In this document: positions 25,878 through 37,229 of the stretch, piece after piece
Position numbering within the stretch: position 1 is the first letter of the stretch
Layout: each line of letters starts with the position of its first letter
DNA from: Eledone cirrhosa
Taxonomy: Eukaryota
Assembly: GCA_964016885.1 (NCBI GenBank)
Contig: OZ024742.1
Location: 1,054,001 to 1,118,000 of the forward strand
Direction of reading: 5' to 3'
Length of the DNA: 64,000 nt
Program-made: the position numbers and the translations under genes
Notes under the pieces: model-generated
Databases searched by the model: none
Told to the model about the DNA's origin: nothing
What the model saw: only the letters and a program-made list of their open reading frames with translations

Positions 25878-28440
25878 AATAAACCTTTCAAGGATTTACA
25901 TAAGTCCAGCCTCCTGTCATTTCATTATAATATTTAACTCCATACTAGCACCACCAACTACAAAAACAAAGACGGTTGAACTGCTTTACGTTGAATACTC
26001 TCCATATTATTACATTAAGATTGACCATACGGAATTGACCAGCTCTATCCAGTGGTGAACCTCAAACCTGAATAAATAATGCTCCTGAAATGTTGAACAC
26101 TTCCAAATCTAATAATGAACAGCGGCATGGTACTTAATATATCTAACCACCATTCGGATTTTGTCTACTCAGTGTTTTTGCCTACCGCCCACCTGGCCCA
26201 TTGCTACTTCCCTCTCCAAATATTCAGACTTCGACGAAATTCTACGGATTATACCATAACCTGTATTGTACTGTACTGTATTGACTAAATTCGCTACCCT
26301 ATACTTCAGGGCCTGTGTAACTCACACTGAATTCTCAGACTCGAACACACACTGATTCCATTTCCGCATCTATATGCATTATCTGACTGCAACTTGAACT
26401 ATATTGTATTTCTCCTGTGTCTTGATCTCTCCATTTACTCACCACCACTCTTGTTTGTTTATTTATATCTTTATATCTTTCTACCTTTGCTGTATTAATG
26501 TTTTTTCCACGTATTCTACTTCTATACATCCATGTACTTTTTACTCCTCTTATTCGGACTTTTACTCGCGTGTACCCATTAGCACACGACACTAGAATGT
26601 CGCCCCCTGGGAACATAAATACTGCAACCTGAACTATATTGTATTTCTCCTATGTCTTGATTTCTCCATCTTACTCTACCACAACTCTTGTTGGTTTATT
26701 TATATATTTATACCTTTGCTTTATTAATGTGCTTTTCCACGTATTCTACTTCTATGTGTCCATATATTTCTACTCCTCTTATTGGGACTTTTACTCACTT
26801 GTACCCATTAGCACACGACACTAGAATGTCTCCCCCTGAGAACAAAAATAAATATTACCCGATTATATCCCTTACTCTACATCCCACTAGGATAACTTAT
26901 GGAGGATCTATATAATACAATTAACGTTTCTTCATAAAAGACTCTCTTTAACTAAACCCCGCAACCCAAAACCTTAAAAAAATTTTTTAAATGTTTAATT
27001 TTCAATTTTCTATTTGTTCAATTCTCAATCTTCTTACTCTTTAATTTTATAATGTTATTCTGAATTCTTTCAACTTCATCCTATAAATCTAAACAATATT
27101 TTAACGTTCCAACTTTCTGTTGGACTGTTGGGTTGGTTTTCCTGGCGGCGGGACCGGCCCCCTGGCGCATAGGCCTACCTTGAGTGCTTGGAAAAATAAA
27201 TTTCCCATTCTTTCGGTAAATGAAACTACTCAGAGTGGCTTGATTCGCCCCGGGGGCCCGGCGCGCAGCCGGTTTTTTGACCGCCATATAGTACCTTTAA
27301 ATTACAGATCAAATCAGAACTATTAGATGTATCACGCCTCCCTCTACTTAAGTAAATCCCCCTCCTGGGTAAAGGAATAGTACTGGTTTTGTACAAGGAT
27401 GGCCTAACGATGCGAGCTGACTTCCTGCTCTGCGCACCTGAAGCCTGTTATACATTCCTAGAGAGCTCGGAAAAATCGATTTCCATATCTTTCGCTAGGC
27501 GATATCACTCAGAGTGATGGGCTGCGCAAGCTTGTGGTCGCCGCATGCTGTTTGATGGCTAAACAAAGACAATCTTTACTCTATAATAAAAGTTTCTTCA
27601 TAAAAGACTCTTTCTTTGCTTAAACCTCGCAACCTTAAAAATGTTAAACTGTTTAACTTGCAATTTTCTAATTTCTTTAATTTTATAATGTTAATATTAA
27701 ATATTAATCTTTAACTTCATCCTATAAATCTAAACAAAAATGTAATGTTCCAATCTTCTGCTCACATATTATAACATACAGACCCCCACTATATTTACCT
27801 CTGCTAACATACGGGTCCCTTTAAAAATATTTTTTCGTGCCATTCCTGGCCTGACTGTAGTCTGACATTAATATTGACCTTTCTTCCTCTTTCTTTCTAT
27901 CTTTCTTCTTGTCGCCATCAACCCTGACTTTTCTTTTTCTTCCTTCTCTTCCCCCTTCTTTCTGTCTTTCTCCTTGTGGCATGATATTAACGCTGACTTA
28001 TCTTCCTCCTCCTTTTTGTTTGCCTATATTTGACTGGTAGTAGTTGTTAAGATATGGGTCCCTTAGAATATTTTTTTTTCGCGACATTCCTGGCCTGACT
28101 GTAATACCGACCTTTCCTCCTCTTTCTGTCTTTCTTTTTATAGCTGACATTAACCCTGACTTCTCTTCCTTTTCTTCCTTCCCCCTTCTCTCTTCTTTCT
28201 TTCTTTTTCCTTGCCCCTTCTTCTCAATTCTTTCTTTCTTCTTGTGGCATGATATTAACGCTGACATGTTCCTATCCCTTTGTTTTCCTTTATTTGACCG
28301 GTAGTAGCACACTGTAAGCTTTAGCCACGTCACTTGAGGGCGACCGGCAAAGGTGGAAGATGCTGGATGGCGGTGGTCCTTGGGTCTTTGATTTTCAGCC
28401 CCATGGATTTTATCTATTACATTCACTTATTATATTTCGA

Positions 28441-28498
28441 ATACCTGATGATATCACCGGATTCATACGGAACCCGGTCATTGAAATGATCATAGTAT
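28441..28498 (+). ncRNA. Type I hammerhead ribozyme (second copy)
   Basis: Identical to 25820-25877. Confidence 0.7.
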
Positions 28499-28599
28499 AA
28501 TAAACCTTTCAAGGATTTACACAAGGCCAGCCTCCTGTCATTTCATTATAATATATATATATATATATACATATGTATATATATATATATATATACATA

Positions 28600-28940
28600 C
28601 ATCATCATCATCATCATTTCATTTTACGTCCACTTTTCCCTGCTTGCAAGGGTGGGATGGGAACTGATTCTGGCTTGATTTCTACAGCTGGATGCCCTTC
28701 CTAACACCAACCTCATTTACAGTGAGTGCTGGGTGCTTTTTTGCCGTGGCACCTCCACGACCACTTTGCAGTGGATAGGGACCCCAGTTCCTATCATCTC
28801 ATTTCTACAGCTGAGTAAACTGGAGCAATGTGAAATAAAGTGTCTTGCTCAAGGAAACAACACATCGCCCGGTCTGAGAATTGAACTCACAACCTTTCGA
28901 TTGCAAGGCCAATGCTCTAAACACTAAGCCATGTGCCTCC
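28600..28940 (-). mobile_element. tRNA-derived SINE with RTE-type tail
   Basis: A box TGGCTTAGTG, B box GAGTTCAATTC, CORE-like CCTTGAGCAAGACACTT, a tail shared with RTE-B, and (GAT)n. Confidence 0.9.
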
Positions 28941-29857
28941 ATATAAATACATATATATAATGAATAAACAAAGAAACAGTTCCTTATATTAAAGAAAATT
29001 CATCATTTTACGATTGTTTCTAGGATATATATTTGTTAGAGTTGGTATGCATATTCTATAGATCTATGTACAATATTTATACAAACTATCAGAGGGAATA
29101 TACATACCTACACATATATATGCTGTCTTCAGAAATAATGATATTTGTTTATTGAAAAAACAAAGATTCAATACAATAGGTCTGTTTGGGAACAGGTTTT
29201 GAATTGACCAATAGAGAGATAGTGAGGGTCAAGGTAGTAATATAGTAGTAGAAGAACCTTAAATTATGGGTAGAGGAAGGTAGATTTCAGTTTTGGATGG
29301 AAAAGAATATTATGGATGAAGGATTATTTTAGGGAAGAAATAGGTCTTATGCTGACCTCAGAAATAATTTTATTTGTTCATTGAATAAAACCAACAAAGA
29401 TCTAATATATTCTGTCTGTTTGGTAAGAGGTTTAGAATTAACCAATAGAAAGTTAATAATTGGCCAAATGGTAAAATAGTAGTAATTGAAGCTTATTTTA
29501 GGGGTGAAAATAGGTCAGGTGGTCAGTAAAAGGTATACAAGCAGTTGCTGTTATAAAATAGTAATGCCAATACAAATATCTAAGGAGACTAAAATTTTAC
29601 GATAAGAATGTTAGTGAAAAAAATACATCTATGAAAAGAATATAAATTAATTTAATTGATGGGTATATTTATATTGATAAAATTATACTAATACATATAG
29701 ATATGATAAATAAGAGTTAGATGCAGTTGAAAAGTGCTGTTAAAGATGAGGGGAAATTAAAAGAATATAAAAATAATATATATATATACTTATATATATA
29801 TATATATATACAGAAAGATCTAATATATTCTGTCTGTTTGGTCAGAGGTTTAGAATT

Positions 29858-31383
29858 AAAGCCTTTGACAGAGTTCCACGTGCTGTAATCTGGTGGGCTC
29901 TTAGAAGACTAGGAGTAGATGAATGGCTTGTGAAAGCGGTACAAGCCATGTATAGGGGAGCAGTCAGCAAAGTTAGGATTAGCAATGAGTATAGCGAGGA
30001 ATTTAGCGTACAGGTTGGGGTCCACCAGGGCTCTGTTCTTAGCCCTCTCCTGTTCATCATAGTCCTGCAGGCAATAACGGAGGAGTTTAAGACCGGATGC
30101 CCATGGGAACTCCTGTATGCTGATGACCTCGCACTCATAGCTGAATCTATGGTAGAACTAGAGAATAAATTCCAAACCTGGAAGCAGGGACTAGAGAGAA
30201 AGGGTCTCAAAGTCAACATGACAAAGACTAAGGTCCTTGTAAGTAGACGAGAAAACAGAACCCAGATCCCCTCAGGGAAATGGCCTTGCTCAGTATGTAG
30301 GAAAGGTGTAGGTAGGAACTCCATTCTCTGCCCCAAATGCAAACAATGGGTACACAAGAGATGTAGCGGGATCTCAGGAAGCTTAATTAAGAATGTAGGA
30401 TTCACATGCAGCAGCTGTGCTGAAACAGCAAGCAGCAAACAGCCACAGGAAACAAGTACCACCAATCTCTGGGAGGGCCCTGTAGAAACAGTAGACAGCT
30501 TCTGCTACCTAGGTGACCGAATTAGCAACGGAGGTGGGTGTTCATAAAGTACAATAACTAGGGTAAGAACGGGATGGAAGAAGTTTAGGGAACTACTACC
30601 ACTGCTAGCTGCAAAAGGCTTCTCCCTCAGAATGAAAGGCAGACTGTATGATGCGTGTATCCGAACAGCGATGTTGCATGGTAGTGAGACCTGGGCGCTG
30701 AAGGTGGAAGACTTACGTAGATTAGAGAGAAACGAAGCCTGCATGCTCCGATGGATGTGTAACAGTAATATACGTGAACGACAAAGCATAAATGAATTGA
30801 GAGAGAGACTGAGCATAAGAGGAATCAAATGCTGTGTGCAGGAGAGGCGGTTGCGCTGGTATGGACATGTGATGTGTATGAAGGATGACAGCTGCATAAA
30901 AAGGTGAAGAGCACTAGAAGTTGATGGAAACCGCGGAGTGGGGAGACCCAAGATGACCTGGGATGAGGTGATAAAAGCCGACCTTACCCAATTACACCTC
31001 TCAAAGACAATGACACACGACCGTGACTTCTGGCGTCACGCAGTAATACAGAGTACCCGACCTCCCATGGGTACATGCTGAAGCATATAAACAATATGCC
31101 CCCACACCCCCCACCGCAAGGTGGTCGTGGAGGTGCCACGGCAAAAAAGCACCCAGCCCACACTGTAAAGTGGACGTGTAGGCGCCACGAAAAAGCACCC
31201 AGCACTCACTGTAAATGAGGTTGGTGTTAGGAAGGGCATCCAGCTGTAGAAATCAAGCCAGATCAGTTCCTGTATGAGCAAGGCATGGTCAGCCGACCAG
31301 ACACTGCACACAACAGGACAACCCGTCTAACCCATGCTAGCGTGGAAGAACGGACGTAAAACGGTGATGATTATGATGATGAT
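29858..31383 (+). mobile_element. RTE subfamily B, truncated, with premature stops
   Basis: RT motifs, stops at ~30545 and ~30905, and a (GAT)n tail. Confidence 0.95.
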
Positions 31384-31519
31384 ACACATATATATACACA
31401 TACACACACACATATACACACATATATATACACATATATACACATATACATATATATATATATACATATACACATACATACATATATATACACACATACA
31501 CACTTACATATACATATAA

Positions 31520-34138
31520 TTATTGGGGGGGGGGAGGGAATTAAATTTATTAGTGAGAAATAATAAATATATATAGTTTTCAAGGAACAGAGTCATAACC
31601 TGAAGTTAAAGCATTATATATGTTTACTTAATGGTATCAGTTTTAGGAAATGATATTTGTAAGAAGGAAAGCAAAATTATGTAGTTCATCAGTAGTAGAA
31701 TATTAATTATAGGTTAACTAAATTAAAAATAGTTTATATATTAATTTCTAAAGTGTATATTAATTAGGTTTATAATATTTAAAGCAGAATTATGTAGTTC
31801 ATCAGTAGTAGAATATTAATTATAGGTTAACTAAATTAAAAATAGTTTATATATTAATTTCTAAAGTGTATATTAATTAGGTTTATAATATTTAAAGGTT
31901 TTTCTCAGTTTATGATTACACGATATTATTAATTCCTGTCGCTTATTTAATAGGATATCCTTAGATTTCATTATTTCAAAAAGTTCTTGGGAACATAATC
32001 TACATTCATATCTACTATTTTGATAAGGGGTGGCCCTTTTGAGCACACTCCAGGTCAGGTCATAATCTATATTCCTCTTTCTATAACTATTAATTATTTC
32101 AGCTAGAGATGTTGTATTAGCTAGTGCGGCATTTTTAAAACTATGTTTGTGGGTATTAAATCTTACCTTAAACTTGTTAGAGGTAGCTCCTATATATGAA
32201 TAAATTGAGTCCTTAATATTAACTTTACATTTATATACTATGTTATTAACAAGGCAATTTCCTTTTAATGGACAGTTTGCCTTGTTTCTACAGTTACAAC
32301 TTTTCGTGAATCTTGTATCTGAGGAGATATTATGGTTAGTTTGATGTACTGGTGGTATACTCATGGTTTTTTTACATTTATATGCATTATAGGCACTTAT
32401 ATTTTGTTTTATGTTTTTGGTTGTTGAGTAGGAGAATTTAACCATTGATCTATTTAAGATTTGATGGTATTTGTGGTTTGGCGGGAAGTTTTTCTCTAGG
32501 ATATTAAAGAATTTTTTAGGTATATTATCCTTAATTTGTAAATTAAATGGAGCATTATACCAAGTAACTCGTCTATTACGGTTTCGATGTTGTTTATTGT
32601 TTTTATAGGATGCATCCTGATGTTTATTAAGAGAATTATTGTTAATGACCTCACCACACACATTTTTAGTTAGATTTATTGATTTAGGTGTTTTAGCTTG
32701 TTTATTAGGAGTTTTATTATTAACATTTATTAGAGTTGTAGGATGAGTAGTTTTTTGAGAGTTACTATACTGTATATTAGAAGAGTTAGAGAAATTTGGT
32801 TTTATGTTGGTGTTTTGGGGTATAGTGTGAGTGGCATTTAGGTGTGTATGTTTCATTTGGTGTTTGTTGGTAATATTAGGTTGTATGTTTGTAGTGTTAT
32901 TGGTAGAAGGTATATATACTAATCTATTTTTGTGGCCACTTCTAGCTAGAGCTTCGTTATAAAAGGTCGCATTTTTATCAAATATATCTTGGTTAGATGA
33001 AAGGTTAGAAATTCTAAGTGATATATTATATGCAAGGTTTTTAAGGATAGATTTAGGGTGATTAGATTGTGAGTGTATGTAGTGTAAATTTTGGTTGGGT
33101 TTATGGTATGGTTGGTAGATACCCGTAGATAAGTCTAATGTTATAACTAGGAAATTAACTACTTTACTTGTGTTTTCAAATGTAATATCTAGACTATAAT
33201 AGTCTTTAAGGAAAGTTCTAATAAGCTTTTTATTTTTTTCTATCTCTGAGAGGCTAAGGTTATTGGAAAGAAGAAGACAGTCGTCACGATATAAACCACC
33301 TTTAAGGTGGGGAAAGGAAGCATTTATGTTAAAAAGAAGAAAGAGGCCCACAAGATCAGTAATTTGGGCAGAATCGCTTGAGCCCATAGTAATATCGAAT
33401 AGATTACTATGTGTGTTTCTGGTCCAGTATTCATTCTGAAATTCCAATAGTGTTAGTCTAGCATGTGTAATAATATTAATGTCATCCAAAGTTAAGTTAG
33501 ATCTATTTTTAGCAAATATCAAGGCTTTGTTCAGGAGTATAGATGATATAGAAGAATAATAATTATCTATATCAAATTGTAGAAATGAAGCAGAGGATTT
33601 ATTTCTAATATTATTAAACCAGTTAATTACCTGGGATGTGTTTTCCCAGAGTGGTAAATTAACATGTTTTCTTAGTTGTGGGATGACTCTATCTAAAAAT
33701 TTTTTACTAATTATTCCAATATCAGATTTGGAAGGGCATATAAGCCTTATAGAAGGATTAGAGTTAAAGTTAGATTTATGATCTTTCAGGTTGAAGTGTG
33801 GTCTTTTCAATGCCAAAGGTTCAGTTCTATCTTCAATATTAAGACTATTCACTATGCTGTGTGTTTTGTTGTTGATGTTGGTAAGTCACGCATTGTTTGT
33901 TTTTCTATAATTTTTCATGAGTTCTTTATATATGAACTCATTGTAATTTTCAATATCCATGTGATATAGATTTCCAGTTTTGTCCGAGTGGACATGGATT
34001 TTTATCTTGACTCTGTTTTCCGTTTATTTTTCACCGAAAGTAGTTTTTGAATGCATCTTCTCTTTTCATGATATCCGGATTACATTGAGTTCTTCATACG
34101 GATTGGACATTACCGTAAACTTTTGGTAGATTTATCTA
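31520..34138 (-). mobile_element. Penelope-like element, 5'-truncated
   Basis: An RT + GIY-YIG ORF, a frameshifted upstream SDKTGNLY motif, and a ~116-bp tandem duplication at the 3' end. The 5' flank is (TA)n. Confidence 0.85.
31873..33852 (-). CDS. PLE reverse transcriptase + C-terminal GIY-YIG endonuclease (N-terminally frameshifted)
   Basis: LKDHK, IRLI, FDIDNYY, TMGS, LYRDD, YHKP, SNHP; CNC-x5-CPL-x3-C; NIVY...YIG...RF..H; E...LLNKR. Confidence 0.9.
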   Translation of the reverse strand: MNSLNIEDRTEPLALKRPHFNLKDHKSNFNSNPSIRLICPSKSDIGIISKKFLDRVIPQLRKHVNLPLWENTSQVINWFNNIRNKSSASFLQFDIDNYYSSISSILLNKALIFAKNRSNLTLDDINIITHARLTLLEFQNEYWTRNTHSNLFDITMGSSDSAQITDLVGLFLLFNINASFPHLKGGLYRDDCLLLSNNLSLSEIEKNKKLIRTFLKDYYSLDITFENTSKVVNFLVITLDLSTGIYQPYHKPNQNLHYIHSQSNHPKSILKNLAYNISLRISNLSSNQDIFDKNATFYNEALARSGHKNRLVYIPSTNNTTNIQPNITNKHQMKHTHLNATHTIPQNTNIKPNFSNSSNIQYSNSQKTTHPTTLINVNNKTPNKQAKTPKSINLTKNVCGEVINNNSLNKHQDASYKNNKQHRNRNRRVTWYNAPFNLQIKDNIPKKFFNILEKNFPPNHKYHQILNRSMVKFSYSTTKNIKQNISAYNAYKCKKTMSIPPVHQTNHNISSDTRFTKSCNCRNKANCPLKGNCLVNNIVYKCKVNIKDSIYSYIGATSNKFKVRFNTHKHSFKNAALANTTSLAEIINSYRKRNIDYDLTWSVLKRATPYQNSRYECRLCSQELFEIMKSKDILLNKRQELIISCNHKLRKTFKYYKPN

Positions 34139-34792
34139 CATATATGTATATATATATATATATATCTGTCGTATTTTTCAAAACAAAACTTCTGATATAT
34201 TTTTAAATATATTTTGTTATGCTGGCTAAATTAGGCACCAAATTCGAGGACTTTATTTAAACTCTTAACCTCTGCTCCCTCCTATCTTCACCCCCCCCCC
34301 CTCTATATCATGCTGGTTCGCCGCCAACCCCTTCCTCTCTCTCCAAATATAAAATAAATCCTGCAAGTACGAAACCTCAAAAATCGCCAACCCTATTCAG
34401 GAAAGGCTGCTATCATGGTGTAATGTAACGTACAAATATTTCTTCACTCTTCTCACCATTTTAATTCCTTAGTCCATTCATCATTCTATATCATTTCTCC
34501 CCGAATCCAATCTTTGCTTTTCTATTCAATAATTCTAGCGTAGTTTTCAAAACAAATCTTGTATTATTGTTTTATGCTTGTTAAATTATGCCCAAAATAC
34601 AGGGATCTTATTTAAACCTTAACCTTCTCGCTAACTACCCAATATCCCTCCCACCCTCCCCCACGCACCACCATTATTACGTGGGCCAATCATAAGTCAG
34701 CGGCCTATGCTATCGCTTACCTGGTTGCCTTTCGATATGATGGATGGTCTACGGAATTCTGGAGAGTTGAAAAGAAAAAATCTGGACGCTCA

Positions 34793-35633
34793 GTGACAAT
34801 GCCAAAGATAAAGACAAATTCACCTCATCGACGAGAATGCAAGGACTCCTCCTCTTTGTTTCGGCCGCGGATGGCTAACATAACCCTATCTCCGACATCC
34901 CCCCTCCCTGCGCCCCACCGCTCCCACCCTCCAAACGCAATCCAAAACTTCAGAGTTGGTACCATGAATGGTACAACAAGGTTATAGAAATGCTTGAACG
35001 TAAGGAGGTCTATGTTTGTTGTATTCAAGAGACCAGGTGGAGGGGTGGGTCTGCTAGATTCATCGTGGGTAAAGAACGATGCTATAAGCTTTTCTGGGTG
35101 GGAAATGACAATGGGCTGGGTGGAGTAGGAATCATGGTAACAGAAAGCCTTCCATGCTAGTCTTTTGTCTCTAATGGCCTTATCTACTGTGCTGTTCCAC
35201 CACCAGGTCACTCTCTGTCTGGTTGGCGCTCTGCTCCAGCCACAAGTTTCATCAGTAGCCTGAAGAAAGTTGTCACATAAGAAATTCCAGTTATTATCTA
35301 TGTCATACGTCTCTAAATCGTCTTCTTTTTCGTCATACACATCTTGAAGGGCTTTCCTAAATTTGTATTTTAGTGAAAGGTCTTTTAGCTTCCAGACCTT
35401 TCTTCTCCACACCTTCCTGTATGTCTCATTCCATCTCTTGCTTACTGAGATATTACTAACGACTAACCTATGCTGTGGGGTACATTCTTCCCCAGGGTAT
35501 GCCTTGGTATTAGACACTATCTGCCTGTCCCTCTGCCTAACTAGTAAGAAGTCAATCTGGCTTAAGTGCTCGCCTGATTTGTAGGTTATTAGGTGGTTGG
35601 CTGGTTTCTGGAAGTTAGTGTTGCAAATAGTCA

Positions 35634-35634
<1 letters not shown>
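34793..35634. mobile_element. Third RTE subfamily, rearranged endonuclease region
   Basis: The + strand (to ~35145) encodes CIQETRWRG...LFWVG...GGVGIMV. The - strand (35634 to ~35146) encodes ICNTNF...QIDFLL...QHRLVV...WWWN. Confidence 0.85.
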
Positions 35635-35681
<47 letters not shown>

Positions 35682-35718
35682 AACAAAGAATCAGTGTTGC
35701 ATCATATACATATTTATT

Positions 35719-35810
35719 ACATATTACATATGTTTCACTGTCGATCAGCGCGAGGTACGATCTATTAATGATTGAACCTGACTCAGGAATCAGAAGCTCT
35801 TCAGATATGT
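35719..35810 (-). ncRNA. Type I hammerhead ribozyme in a solo PLE pseudo-LTR
   Basis: The minus strand reads ACATAT-CTGAAGA-GCT...AGT-GAAA-CATATG-TA-ATATGT, then AATAAA. Confidence 0.8.
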
Positions 35811-36019
35811 TTTAATGTGCAGAAAGCTGAACTGGAAGATATGCTTTAAAATTTTAATCCTGTTATATATGTGTATACACACATCATCATCATCGTTGTT
35901 TTAATATCCACATTCCCTGGTTCTACATAGACCAAGTCAATACTGAAGTGGTGGCTACTGACATCCCAGACAAGCCAGGGATCTGTTGTCTCACCTATAT
36001 TTCCTTCTAACAAGGGTTA

Positions 36020-36212
36020 GACAGTTCTACAGGTGGTGGTGGTGGTGATGTGTAGTGGTGGTTTTGGTGGTGGTGGTGGTGTGTAGTGGTGGGGGTGATG
36101 GTGGTATTGGTGGTGGTGGTACTGGTGGTGCGTAGTGGTAGAGGTGGTGGTATTGATGGAGGTGATGTTAATGATCATGGTGGAGGTAGTGGTAGGGATG
36201 GTGGTGTCATCA
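36020..36212. repeat. (GGT)n-rich low complexity
   Basis: Directly visible. Confidence 0.85.
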
Positions 36213-36765
36213 TGCATCTAACCAAACCTCCCCTATCTTTACCATAGGCCCAAGTTGGCCATGTAATTAGAGAGAGTGCTTCCCAGTCACATGGTTTCAG
36301 GTTCACTCCCATTGTGTGGCACTGATCAAATGACAAGGGATCTATATATATAGAACTCATCAAAGACCAAAGAAACAATTGCTGATACTATCTACTAGTC
36401 ATAACCCTTGGCAGAAAGACCAACACAAAAAGTGTCTTGCTCAAGGACATAACACAATGCCTGGTCTGGGAATTGAACTTGTAACCTCCAAATTGCAAAT
36501 CCAACTATCCAACCACTACGAAAATGATAGGCCATGTAATTAAGAAATATGGTAATGAAAGGGTTAAAATGTTTTCAAAATGAGTCATGACAAAATGTTG
36601 AGATTCTCTGAGTATATAAGTATTGCTACTTAGACATGAAATATTAGAGTTCTTGTTAAGTGCATCAGAAGAGCAACATATAATAAAGTGGTGAATAGTT
36701 TTAACTAAGTATTGGAACTGGGTCATCAAACTTTCTACATTTCTTGTATAATCAACAACCAAACG

Positions 36766-37035
36766 TTAACCATTTCATTATCATTTTTCTACTGAAGACA
36801 GTCTGTCATTAACCCTTTCATTACCATATTTCTAATGAAGACACTGTCTATATCATTAACCCTTTCATTACCATATTTCTAATGAAGACACTGTCTATGT
36901 CATTAACCCTTTCATTACCATATTTCTAATGAAGACACTGTCTATGTCATTAACCCTTTCATTACCATATTTCTAATGAAGACACTGTCTGTCTTTAACC
37001 CTTCTGTTAGCATATTTCTAATGAAAACACTGTAT
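36766..37035. repeat. 47-bp minisatellite, ~5-6 copies
   Basis: Unit TTAACCCTTTCATTACCATATTTCTAATGAAGACACTGTCTATGTCA. Confidence 0.9.
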
Positions 37036-37039
37036 CTTA

Positions 37040-37215
37040 TACCCGAGGCTCATATATATAGTCACACACACTCAAAATGTGGCAACTCCTGACACCAAGG
37101 GCCCACAACAGGAGATTTCTGCACTTGGCTATCAACATATGGAAGAAACTTCCAGAAACCAATGTTGGAATGATTACAGCAGATGGGGTTACACACTTTC
37201 TAAAAAACAGTAGAG
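37040..37215 (+). mobile_element. Degenerate CR1-like LINE 3' end
   Basis: HTLK...RRF..LAINIWKKLPE...F resembles the CR1 ORF2 C-terminal RGH.LK...R.IN.WN.LP motif. Confidence 0.5.
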
Positions 37216-37229
37216 TGTACACACACATA

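Larger units (their letters stand above)
25590..28553 (+). mobile_element. Non-coding HHR-bounded element (non-autonomous PLE / retrozyme-like), partial tandem with 2621-bp period
   Basis: ~320-bp direct repeats (25610-25933 and 28237-28553) each contain the same HHR. There is no meaningful ORF, and (TA)n lies on both sides. Confidence 0.7.

Noticed and set aside
26569-26596. Helitron-like hairpin + CTAG
   Set aside because: The hairpin is weak, the spacing to CTAG is too short, and no 5' TC end can be defined.
31675-31810. Hammerhead at the 3' end of the PLE
   Set aside because: CTGATGA is present twice on the minus strand, but I found no matching stem II/GAAA half.
34820-34885. HDV-like ribozyme in the RTE 5' region (GATGGCTAA)
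   Set aside because: I could not build the nested double pseudoknot by eye.
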